64,000 nucleotides of DNA from Eledone cirrhosa. Its lineage: Eukaryota. A program made the position numbers and the translations under genes. The notes beneath the pieces are model-generated. The model was not told the DNA's origin. It did no database searches and worked only from the letters and a program-made list of their open reading frames with translations. The DNA is taken from contig OZ024743.1 of the NCBI GenBank assembly GCA_964016885.1, positions 23,994,001 through 24,058,000 of the forward strand. Reading direction: 5' to 3'. Below are positions 1 through 13,200 of this stretch, in pieces; position 1 is the stretch's first letter, and every line of letters begins with the position of its first letter.

Positions 1-191
1 AATAGGGACCCCAGTCCTATCATCTCATTTCTACAGCTGAGTAAACTGGAGCAACGTGAAATAAAGTGTTTTGCTCAAGGAAACAACACATCACCTGGTC
101 CGAGAATTGAACTCATAACCTTTCGATTGGAAGCCCAATTCTCTAACCACTAAGCCATGCGCCTTCACTGTATCACATGTGTCATACTGAT

Positions 192-1925
192 TCATCATCA
201 TCATCATCATCACCGTTTTACGTCCGTTCTTCCACGCTAGCATGGGTTAGACGGGTTGTCCTGTTGTGTGCAGTGTCTGGTCGGCTGACCATGCCTTGCT
301 CATACAGGAACTGATCTGGCTTGATTTCTACAGCTGGATGCCCTTCCTAACACCAACCTCATTTACAGTGAGTGCTGGGTGCTTTTTCGTGGCGCCTACA
401 CATCCACTTTACAGTGTGGGCTGGGTGCTTTTTTGCCGTGGCACCTCCACGACCACCTTGCGGTGGGGGGTGCGGGGGCATATTGTTTATATGCTTCAGC
501 ATGTACCCATGGGAGGTTGGGTACCCTGTATTACTGCGTGACGCCAGAAGTCACGGTCGTGTGTCATTGTCTTTGAGAGGTGTAATTGGGTAAGGTCGGC
601 TTTTATCACCTCATCCCAGGTCATCTTGGGTCTCCCCACTCCGCGGTTTCCATCAACTTCTAGTGCTCTGCACCTTTTTATGCAGCTGTCATCCTTCATA
701 CGTATCACATGTCCATACCAGCGCAACCGCCTCTCCTGCACACAGCATTTGATTCCTCTTATGCTCAGTCTCTCTCTCAATTCATTTATGCTTTGTCGTT
801 CATGTATATTACTGTTACACATCCATCGGAGCATGCAGGTTTCGTTTCTCTCTAATCTACATAAGTCTTCCACCTTCAGCGCCCAGGTCTCACTACCATG
901 CAACATCGCTGTTCGGATACACGCATCATACAGTCTGCCTTTCATTCTGAGGGAGAAGCCTTTTGCAGCTAGCAGTGGTAGTAGTTCCCTAAACTTCTTT
1001 CATCCTGTTCTTACCCTAGTTATTGTACTTTCTGAACACCCACCTCCGTTGCTAATTCGGTCACCTAGGTAGCAGAAGCTGTCTACTGTTTCTACAGGGC
1101 CCTCCCAGAGATTGGTGGTACTTGTTTCCTGTGGCTGTTTGCTGCTTGCTGTTTCAGCACAGCTGCTGCATGTGAATCCTACATTCTTAATTAAGCTTCC
1201 TGAGATCCCGCTACATCTCTTGTGTACCCATTGTTTGCATTTGGGGCAGAGAATGGAGTTCCTACCTACACCTTTCCTACATACTGAGCAAGGCCATTTC
1301 CCTGACCTTAGTCTTTGTCATGTTGACTTTGAGACCCTTTCTCTCTAGTCCCTGCTTCCAGGTTTGGAATTTATTCTCTAGTTCTATCATAGATTCAGCT
1401 ATGAGTGCGAGGTCATCAGCATACAGGAGTTCCCATGGGCATCCGGTCTTAAATTCCTCCGTTATTGCCTGCAGGACTATGATGAACAGGAGAGGGCTAA
1501 GAACAGAGCCCTGGTGGACCCCAACCTGTACGCTAAATTCCTCGCTATACTCATTGCTAATCCTAACTTTGCTGACTGCTCCCCTATACATGGCTTGTAC
1601 CGCTTTCACAAGCCATTCATCTACTCCTAGTTTTCTAAGAGCCCACCAGATTACAGCACGTGGAACTCTGTCAAAGGCTTTCTCAAGGTCGACAAATGCC
1701 CAGTAGAGTGGCTTACTTTTAGCTAGGTACTTTTCCTGTAATTGCCTCACAAGGAAGAGGGCATCAGTGGTGCCTCTTCCTGGTACAAACCCAAATTGCA
1801 TCTCGTCTATATTCACCCGGTCCCTAATCAGCTATGCTATAACTTTTTCTGTTACTTTCATGACCTGGTCCATCAACTTTATACCTCTATAGTTTCCTCT
1901 ATCTAGTGCGTCGCCTTTGCCTTTG
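192..1925 (-). mobile_element. 5'-truncated, frameshifted RTE LINE (related subfamily, PHD-containing) in a JAK intron
   Basis: ORFs 1277-1816 and 496-945 encode RT and C-terminus; (CAT)n tail at 192-211; shared 3' UTR core. Confidence 0.92.
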
Positions 1926-2188
1926 AGAATTTCATTAAGGGTACATGTTCCTGTGGAACACTTAGCCACTTAGACATTCATTTAATGAGTAATTTAGCTG
2001 ATCGAAAAACTGAATGCTCATCATTGAAATCTGCATCCAATGTGCCCTACCCCTTTTTAAAAACAGTAAAGTGTGATTTGAAGGAGATTTGGCTGCTATT
2101 TTTACCAGGGAATATCATTGGATATATTTAGGTACTTTTGTTAGTTTTTCATTTATTTTCTTTAATATGTATGTATTTATCATTTCAG

Positions 2189-2398
2189 TTTTTTTTAAAT
2201 GCAATAGACGATCACTATCTTCTGTCAAAGAATTCATCCTTTCTACAAATAGAGGGAATAATTTTGCAGCCAAAATGTTGTCTTGTAATGGAATATGCAG
2301 CTTATAAAAGTGTTAGTACATTACTGTGTCAAAATAAAATACCTGTTAACATAATATTGAAGATGGCTGCTACAGTTTCTGATGGATTGACCTATCTG
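2189..2398 (+). CDS. JAK: JAK-like exon (pseudokinase)
   Basis: catttcag|FFLNAIDD...CLVMEYA...DGLTYL|gtaaat. Confidence 0.85.
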
Positions 2399-5300
2399 GT
2401 AAATATAAATACTATTTTCGCCATTATTGTTATTGTTTATCTCCAGATTAGCCCTAACTGAGTAGAGATATTATCAAAAGTATTCCAACCATAACATACC
2501 TGTTCTTTTCTAGGGCATTAAATATCTAATACTACTTACTTAACCCTTTAGCATTTAAACTGGCTGTATCCAGCCAGAATTCTCTCACCTCTCTCTGTTC
2601 AAACTGGCTGTAACTGGTCGCTCATACTGATGTTAAGGTATTTTTCTCAAAATAAATAATATCAAAATCTTGTAGATTCAATATTATGTGAGATAATTAT
2701 ATGAGGTAAAGTCTTTACCATGAAAATACAATAGTAAATATAGAGTAATGTAAATGGTAATGGGTTGAATGTGTTCTTTTTTTAAGAGAGTTGTTATGTA
2801 CAGGTACATCTACATATTACTGTATTATAATCACCATCAGGTATTGTCTTCTTTTAATAAGTTGGCTATGATGGATTATCGTCTCAGTCTTTCTTGGGCT
2901 CTCCTTATACATTCACTGTAATATAAGCTTGTCCAAATTTGATCTATGAAAAGTCTCTGTACACCATTTTTTCTACTTAAATGTCTAAAATATTTTGATT
3001 GTATCTAATAAGATATTTCTAGGTTTTTGCCATTTTTAGTATATCATCATTGATTTTGTGTTCACTTCAAGATATTCTAAAAAGTCTTATTGTAAATTTA
3101 TACATTAAAAAAATTACAAAATTACAAAACACTCAAAATGTTCATGCTATTGTTATCATTATTTCTTTCAGCAAAAAAAGGGTTTGGTTCATGGTAACCT
3201 TCATGGTCACAACTTACTATTAACTACAATGGGCCAAGTGAAAATAGCTGATGCAGGTCTTGTTAAAGTTTCACAACACCTACCGTTAAATAACCCAATT
3301 AATGTGGCCAGGTTGGACATGATTTTTTGTATCTTTATTAAAATTTCTAAAATAAAGTAATAGTTGTGATGTATATATACATTCATATATACTTACATAG
3401 ATACATACATACATACACACACACATACACACACATACATTCCTACATACCTGCATGCATGCATACATACATTCATATATATACATACATACCTGTATGC
3501 ATGCATATATACATACATATATGGTGATGGCTGCAACTCAATTTTGAGTAATGCCATCGCTCGATACTTAAGCATGAGCTTCACGGACGTGACTTTTTAC
3601 TCCTGCTAGGGACTTGCCTGTAGAGTGTCAGATAAAATACTATTGCAGTATTTCTTCTAGCTCTTTACATTCTGAGTTCAAATCCTGCTGAGTATAACTT
3701 CACCTTTTATCCTTCTGGGGTTGATAAAATATAGTACAATGATATACTAGGGTTGATTTAATCAACTTTGACCTTCCCCTAAATTTTCTGGATTAGAAAT
3801 CAATATTATCTTCAAAACTCTTTCAGAAAACCTTGGTTGGCACCTGAACTACAACTTAATTTACAGAAACCTACTTGTGAATCTGATATGTTTGCATTTG
3901 GAAGTTGTCTTTGTGAAATGTTATGTTATCTATGTAAACCCGTACAAGATGACTCTAAAATTGACGTAAGTATCTACTTATGCAATCACATTCCTATATG
4001 TATATATTTCCATTATATTCCTATTAGTTAAATGAGAAAGAGGCAGGTTACCTTATCATTTTTCTGACCAATTAGCATGTCTCACCAATTAGGATAATTT
4101 CATGAATTTAGTGTGGCCGAGAAGTTTGTAATTTACATTGTGTCTAGAACTAAGACACTTTCAGATCCTTCCCGTCTAATTATTCATCTTGTTGTCAATT
4201 TTCTCTTTGAAGAAGCAGGCATACTGGTAGTATAACAGCTTTGTGGCTCTTCCAGGAACGATTGGGGGAAATGTTTAATGCAGGGCTTTTGATGAATGAG
4301 AAGGTTTGTTGACTGAGATGTTACAAGTAATATGCAACATGAGAAGAACTGAGGTTTGTTGTATAAGTAGTAGAAAAGGAGTTAGGTGAAACACTGGGTC
4401 AGAAAGAAAATAAGCTTGACGTGGACTAGTGGTTGGAGTGTATCTGGGATTGAAGTCCTGCTTTTCAGAAGTGTTTTAGTTAAGACTTAATCTATAAGCC
4501 AATTTAACATCACCCCCTAGCAATGCTTCATCAGTTGCAAGCATTCAGGTCAGGGATTCAGTTTGAGGATATCTCTCTCCCTCCCTTAGGTGTCACATAA
4601 AAAGGCTATGGGAACTTTCCTTTTGACCAAGCAATAAAAAAAATAACTTCTACTAAATGTTGAGGAATTATATTTTTAAACTAGTGTAAAAAGGCTTTCA
4701 TTTTTTTCTTTTTTCTGTTAGTCTAAATATACTAACTCTGTTGCTCAGCTTTGACGAAAATGAAATGTTTAAATTCCTCACTTCCTCCTCCTCCAGTGAT
4801 TCTTTCCTGAGACATTCTAACCACATGCCCATAGTATCGGAGCTGTGATCTCTCTATTTGGAGAAGTAGTAGCTCTACCTGGAGTGATTCTCTGATCTCC
4901 AAGCTGTGCACTTTATCAAGTAACGTTACTCCAAAGACCCTTTGGAGAAACCCATTTCGGCCGCTTGCATTCACAACCGTATTCTTTCGGCCATTACCTA
5001 AGATTCATGACCATAGGTAAGGGTTCACACAAATACCATATTGAAGATAGCAAGTCTGGCTTTTACACTTACCTCCCTTCTTCTGATTACAGAATAATGA
5101 AGCTGGCGCATTACTGCACCAGCTCCTGCAGGTCTTGCATGTAATTAAGCCTCCTGCCTTCCATAACTCATGAACACGGCCCTGAGATACTTGAGCTTCC
5201 ATTGCTTCAGTGGAACACCATTCACATGTAGAATGCACAGTGCAGGCATTCTACATGTGAATAGTGTTCCACTGAAGCACTGAGGACGAGTGACTCAGTT

Positions 5301-7198
5301 TTCACAGCACTAATTTTCATTCCAGCTATGCAGCACTCGGCATCAAACCTATCAAGTGCAAGTTGGAGATTACCTTCTTTCAAGTTAAGTAACACCATGT
5401 CGTCTGCAAATTCCAGCTGATTGATTTTACATCCATCAGTCATGATATCTCTTCCAACCTGGCTGCGCATGTCAATCGTGTTCATGAAAATAATGAACAG
5501 GAGAGGTGATACTATGCACCCTTGGCAGAGTCCAACTCCCACAATGAATGGTTTTGATTTAGCACCATTTATCCGAACACAAATACTCAGGCATTCAAAT
5601 ACAAGCATTAGAGCAGCAAAAAGCTGCTATTTTACCCAAATTTTCTCAAATATTATTTATAACGATTGACTGTTATTAGAGTCATTTTCTGCATTGGGAG
5701 GCTCACCTTTTCAAATTTCAAACCCTCCCAACATTTCGAAAGTCATAAAGTTTGTTTAATCCTTGCTTGTCATTTGCTGAAGAAGGATAAATCTAGGAAT
5801 ACCAATGAACCTGAAATCTTTTCTTCAAACTTAGAAATATCACCATTATTGTCATCATCATCATCATTATCTTGTCTATTTTCCCATTCTGGTGCCAATC
5901 TCTTTACTAACTTTTATGATGCACAGGGATATGGTGTACCACTTCAGAACCAAGAGATGCATAAATATAAATATATATATATATATATATGTAAAAGTTA
6001 TATTTAATTTGTTGGGATACAACAAGCAAATATTTTTATAACTGATATAAAGCACTCAACAAATTTTTGGAGTAAAAATACAATATATTAATAAATGGAA
6101 ACTATATTTATAAAACCATATTTATTTCATTATACATATTTCAAGGACACCAAAGCAAATTATGGTGCGCTTTCATCAGATAAAATATAATATAGATCAG
6201 TTTTCGTTCGACTGCCAAAAACTCTCTTAAATGAGGAAAAATTTTTCCTTGAAAATTCTTCTAGATGAACATAGTTAAAGTTTTTTTAAAAAATGGATCT
6301 ATAAAAAATTAAGATACACATACTGAAAGTTTTAAAAAAATGGGTTTTTGGTTAATTCCTCTGATGGATATATAAAAAGTTATAATTCATATTTTATACT
6401 GTGTTTTTTTTATGTATTCTTCTACATATTTTTAGAATTATATTGCTTAAAAATTACATTGCTTAAAAATATAATTCCTTTTAAAATTATAACTCACATT
6501 TTTATTTTATTTTATAGTATGTATTTTGTATTTATATATATATATGTATATATGTATGTGTGTATATGTATGTATATGTACATATATATATGTGTATATG
6601 TGTGTATCCATGTATGTATGTCTATGTATATGTGGTTCTATATATATCGAAATGTATAATTTTGAATGCATTCTATGAATGAACTCATGTAAAAAGGTTT
6701 TTTACGGTTTCTGCCTTAGATATATTCTTGAGAAAAACTTTAAATATTAAGACGTTATAGTAAACAAACTCATATTTTAACAGTCACAACTATATAACAG
6801 GTGGATCTATAAAAAATATATAAATTTTATAACTTACTATAAAATAATATAAGGTTCTCTTATAATCTTAACTTTTTTATCATCTTAACTTTGGACTGAC
6901 AAATATAATGCCAGACAAATACTGGGGATGATTCCACACACTCTCCCACTTCTCTCTCTCTCTTTGAGTGTAAAATTGGCTACATCACACTGTGAGAAGG
7001 GTTATGGAGAACAACTCGCATTGTCTCTTTCTCAAGAAATGAAAATGGATAGAGTGAGAAGCTAGCAATCTCTTCTGAAAAAAAAAAAAAAATAAGAATT
7101 GTAATTTTATCCAATGTAGTTAAATTATTATTTAGCCTTAGGTTAGCTCCTATACAACAAAGTTATGATCAAAGCAACCCAACCATCATAATCCAATT

Positions 7199-7232
<34 letters not shown>

Positions 7233-10200
7233 CAATATATTAATAAATGGAGGCACATGGCTTTGGCCTTGCAATCGAAAGGTTGTGAGTTCAATTCTCA
7301 GACCGGGTGATGTGTTTCCTTGAGCAACACACTTTATTTCACATTGCTCCAGTTTACTCAGCTGTAGAAATGAGATGATAGGGACTGGGGTCCATATCAT
7401 TCCACTGCAAAGTGGTCGTGGAGGTGCCACGGCAAAAAAGCACCCAGCACTCACTGTAAATGAGGTTGGTGTTAGGAAGGGCATCCAGCTGTAGAAATCA
7501 AGCCAGAATCAGTTCTCGTCCCACCCATGTAAGCAGGGAAAAAGCGGACGTAAAATGAAATGAATGAAACTATATTTATAAAACCATATTTATTTTATTA
7601 TACATATTTCAAGGACACCAAAGCAAATTATGGTGCGCTTTCATCAGATAAAATATAATATAGATAAGTTTTATAAACAAATATTGACATACCCTTAAAA
7701 GAATGCGACCATGTCTGTTGGAAGCTCCCGGATAGTGGGGTTACTAATTTTATTATTGGTCTATTATGCAAATTAGTGTCAGAGAGGTTTAAATCCCATA
7801 CATTTAAATTAAGCCATTGGAATAGGGAAAAAAGAAAAGGAGAAAGAAAGAGCAAACCCAAAGAAGGAAAACAAAAGAAAGAAAAGGAAAAGGAATAGGA
7901 AAAAATAAAAGAAGAAAGAGAAAGAGAAAGAGAGAAAACCCTAAGTGAGAGAGTGTTGTATTAACGTAGTTTTATGAAATTATGAAGCGATAAATATATA
8001 TCGGATGAGTTAGCGTGTATAGATAAATAAATAAATAAATAGATAGTAGTAACCGGAGAAATTTATTTATTGTTTAAATTTGATTAAATTATTGAGATCT
8101 ATAAATTAAAAATTAAAAATTGAGATCTATATTTTATTAAAAGAATATATATACACACAAATATATATTTCATTTCATTTCATTTCATTTCATTTTACGT
8201 CCACTTTTCCCTGCTTGCAAGGGTGGGACGGGAACTGATTCTGGCTTGATTTCTACAGCTGGATGCCCTTCCTAACACCAACCTCATTTACAGTGAGTGC
8301 TGGGTGCTTTTTTGCCGTGGCACCTCCACGACCACTTTGCAGTGGAATGATAGGGATCCCAGTCCCTACCATCTCATTTCTACAGCTGAGTAAACTGGAG
8401 CAATGTGAAATAAAGTGTCTTGCTCAAGGAAACAACACATCACCCGGTCTGAGAATTGAACTCACAACCTTTCGATTGCAAGGCCAATGCTCTAACCACT
8501 AAGCCATGTGCCTATTAGAAAGTGAGGTTTTTTTTACAAAATGAAAAATATCATATGTGTATATAATTAAATAATTTATTAATAGCATTGTTGTAATTGT
8601 TGTTATTGTTCTAACTGAATGCCATTACTACTTCATATAGTAGCCTGTATATTCTTTTCTTGCCTGTGTATTCTCTTCATTCTCGCATGCTCCGAAGAAC
8701 TGACTGGTTATAATTTTGTATTGGCGATCGAGTAACGTGAAAATAAGCGAATAGCGATCTCTAGACCTACCAGTTCAGAGAAACAATTGTCAGCTATGAG
8801 ATTAAAAACCTTTTTTGTATAGCAAACCATGTCAACCTTCTTTCCTGATTTATATATATATATATATATATATATACCATCAAAAAATATTATTAAAATA
8901 TATGTTATTATTACATAACTTTACATAAATTTATTATTAATCATCAACCAACAATTTATTATTAATTTTTTAGGAAAGCTGTAAACCTTGTCGTTTACTG
9001 GTAGCATCCCAAACTGCCAGTGAGAATAACACATCTGAGCCATTTGTTGATATTTACAAACAGGTCCATTTGTTAATACTTTATTGCCGTGCAAAAGATA
9101 GTGGATGTCGGCCTAAACCAAGTGATGTAAGCACAAAATTACTACAGTTGGCTGAGAAATGTAAGTTTAAAACAAAAATCACTACCTTCCTTTATGGGAT
9201 TTATTCTTAATGCCTCTCTAGTGCCTCCCACCAACACCTCCTCTATGCTGGTTCCACGATAAAAAACACTTAGTTTGCACTATAAGGTGGTAGTGCTGGT
9301 GCTATGATAAAAAGCATCCATTTCACACTATAAGGCAAGTAATGCTGGCTCCACAGCAAAATGCACCAGTCCACCCTGTAAGTTAGTAGTGCTGGAAACA
9401 CGATAAAATGCGCCCAGTGCTTGCTGTAAAGTAGTTGATGCTAGGAACAGCATCTATCCTTAGAAACCAAGCTAAAAAACAGAGCATACCAGCAAAACAT
9501 TGTGTAGCCTAGTATATGACAGTTTAGCTTGAGTATGTGACAGCCTTTCTAAACCATGCAAGCATAGAAAATAGACATTAAATGGTGATGAGGATGATTA
9601 AATTAATTGTGAGGCAGATGGAGAATATATCAACTGATATGGGTGCAAGCACAGTTGACTGGTTAAGAAGTTTGCTCCATAATCACAGTTCTAGTTCGAT
9701 CTCACTACATTGCATCTTGTGGATCTTAGGATGTGAGTGAAAAATTGAATAGATGGGAACTGTGTTGAAGCTGGATGGATAGGTAGATTGTACATGTAAG
9801 TCAAATGCCCAGCCTTGTCACATTGTGTCACACTGATTTTACCTGAGAGTTATGTTAAGAATACAAGTATCTGTGAAATATTCAGCCACTTATTAATTTA
9901 ATAGTTTGGGTAATTGAACAACTGAATGCTTATAATTGAAACTGATGGAGAATCCATCATGTTGGTTGATAAGAGGCTGGAGTTTTTACCATCCATTCTC
10001 TTCTTCAAATTCAACTACACAAAAAAATCTTCATCATCATCATCATCATCATAATCATCACCACCACCACCACCACCACCATTTAGCTTTTTTCACTACT
10101 ACCTTACAAAACGGACTAGGTGCTTTTTGTCATGAAAACCATTCTACCAACATACAGAGTAGACTGGATGCTTTTTGTCATGGCACCAGTACTACCACCT

Positions 10201-13200
10201 TACAGGGTGTTACCAAAATATTTGATATACAGATCAACAAGATGATATCCTTGATGGATGATGCTATGGAATGGTAAATGGTAACTTACTCACCCACTCA
10301 TCCATTCACTAACCCACTAACCCACTCATCCATTCACTAACCCACTCATCCATCCACTCATCCACTTACCCACTCATTGATCCACTCAACCATTCACTAA
10401 CCCACTCATCCATTCACTCACCCACTCACCCATTCATCCATCCACTCATCCACTCACTCACCCACTCATCCATTCACTTACTCACTCACTGATCCACCCA
10501 TCCATTCATCCATCCATTCACTCACTCACCCATCCATCCATCCACTCACTCACCCACTCACTGATCCATCCACTCATCCATTCACTCACTCACCCACTCA
10601 CCGATCCACTCACTCACTCACCGATCTACTCATCCATCCACTCACTCACTCACTGATCCACTCATTCACTCACTCACTCACTAACTTACTCATCCACCCA
10701 TTTGCCTGTTTACATTACCTAGAAGTACAAATAAGAATACAAAAAATAGATTTTGGATTTGGTTATTTTCAGTGAAGAGTGAACCACAACCACAGGAATG
10801 GCACAATAAAATTGAATGCATATGCAACCATGAATGGATAAACCAATTTTCAAACCCACCACCTATCACAAATGAGATAAAGAAATTGTGCACACAAATT
10901 TCTAAAATGAACACTTTGTCACAAACTTTGAATCCACTAGAAATATTAAGAGATAACATGACATTTGGTATAGTACTTGGTAAGGTAAGAAAAACACACA
11001 GTAATTATATGTTCTTTCTACTGTTTTCATACCCTCTTCCTTCTCTCTATTTCTCTCTCTCTCTCTTTTCCCACTACCCTCTTCTCTTTCTCTTTGTATC
11101 TATCTTTTAGATATTTTCTCTTAATATCTAGCAACTTTTATATCATCCTTTTAACACCCATCTGCTTGAAACTGTACCTAGTCTATGGTACAAAGCTGCC
11201 TGTTTTAAAGTGTTCATACTTATATAAAAACTTTCCATCATAATTCTATGTAAGATCTTTTTGTTAAGTCCAAAAACCATTTTAATCATGAAAGTTTTGG
11301 TTATTTTACTAAATTCCACCATATTTTTGATTATTTTCAAAATTAATTGAAACATACTCGTGATATATATCATCTGAAATATGGTAACAAAAGGGATAGA
11401 GGAGCTTTACAATAACAGGCATCGTTTTGTGGTTGTGGATGTGGTCGAGGAGTTTGCTATGCAATGATATGGTTGTGACTTTGATCCTTTGAGCCTCATG
11501 TTGACCAAAAACTTATAAGTGAAATTTGTTAGATGGTAGCATTGTAAAATTGATAAATGATTCATTAATGAATTGAGCTATGTACAACCCTGGCCAAAAG
11601 AAAATGTTCTTATATGGTAATGTAATGTACTTCAATTATTCATTACCACCAATCACTGCTTACAGTGGGGAGGCAGCATGGCCAAAAAGGTTAAGGAATT
11701 CATTTCACAATCTATAGGTTCCAGGTTTGATCTCACTGCATGTCATCTTGACCAAGTACCATTTACCATATCCTTGGGTTGAAACGTAACTTATAGGTTG
11801 ACGGAAACTGTTTGGAAGCCTGTCCAGATGGACTGTACCTGTAATTTATAGAGTCAACTTTGTCACGTATTATGTTATACTAAATCTCCCTGAGCAACAC
11901 ATTAAGAGTAACTGTGACTAGAATGCTCAGCAGCATAGAGTTACGTCCCTTTACGTTCTGGGTTTAAATCCCACCGAGGTTAACTTTACCTTTCATCCTT
12001 ACGGTGTCGATAAAATAAAGTACCAGTAACCCACTGTGGTTGATTTAATTGACTTTCCTTTTCCACCAAATTGTTGGCCTTGTGCCTAAATCAGAAACCA
12101 TTATATTATCTTCTCTTTACATTGTTTTATTTATTTATTTATTTATTTATTATTCAAATTTAGGGTGCTTTTGGTAAAGTATGGAAAATTGACTGGAAAA
12201 AAAATGATGAAATTACAGTGGCAGCTTTCAAGGAATTTATTTTCAGGGACCAATCATCTGCTAGGCTTATGTTGGAATTCAATATCCTTCAGAAGTTACA
12301 TCATAAAAGAATCATAAAAATATATGGATTCTGCAACAGTTAGTATATCAACATTTTATTCCCTTACATTTTCTTTTATTCTTTTACTGGTTTTTGTTAT
12401 TAGACTGTGACCATGCTGGGGTACCACCTTAAAATTAATCATATCAACTCCAGTACATATTTTCTTTTAAGTCTGGTACTTATTTTATTGATCACTTTTA
12501 GCCAAACTTTTAAATTACAGGTTATAAGTGCAGACACACACACACACACATCATCATTTGACATTTGTGTTCCATGTTTTCATGGGTTGGACAGGTTGTC
12601 ATGGTCTATGCCTAGATGGATTACATCTTTGCTATCTAAGTATAACAATTTCTACAATAGGCACAAGGGCAGCAATTTGAGGAGAGTGGCAATTCGATCA
12701 AATCAACCCCAGTGCATTACTGGTACTTTATTTTATTGACCTTATAAGGATGTAAGGCAAAGCTAACCTCGACGGGATTTGAATTCAGAATGTCTTGGGC
12801 CCCATCTATACTTATTGAGCTTATGGGCCTTCCTCCAATCCACTGAGTTGCCAGACACCCTCTTCCTTGAAAGCAGCCTTTATGACCAAGCACCTGCTCT
12901 CACTCTCTCCCCTCTTGGAGTGTAGCTATCTCAGGCTTCCCCCATGATCCGGCACCTGCTCTTACACTCTCTTTCCTCAGAGTGATAGCTCTCTTTCAGC
13001 AAGTAAGTACTATGTAGCTGCTGTTGCTACTCCTACAGTGTCATGTCTGCCATGCTCACCTTCCACTTCTGTCTGTACAACTAAGGACAGAATAATCGCC
13101 TTAGTGCTAACACCACACTGGAATGCATCAAGTGCTGGTCTTGGTGCAGTGATAAAATGCTCTTAGCCCACTCTGTAATGTGCTAGTGCCTGTGCCACAA

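Noticed and set aside
8440-8513. tRNA gene
   Set aside because: The A/B boxes belong to a SINE head that continues into core and LINE-derived tail; no full cloverleaf is evident.
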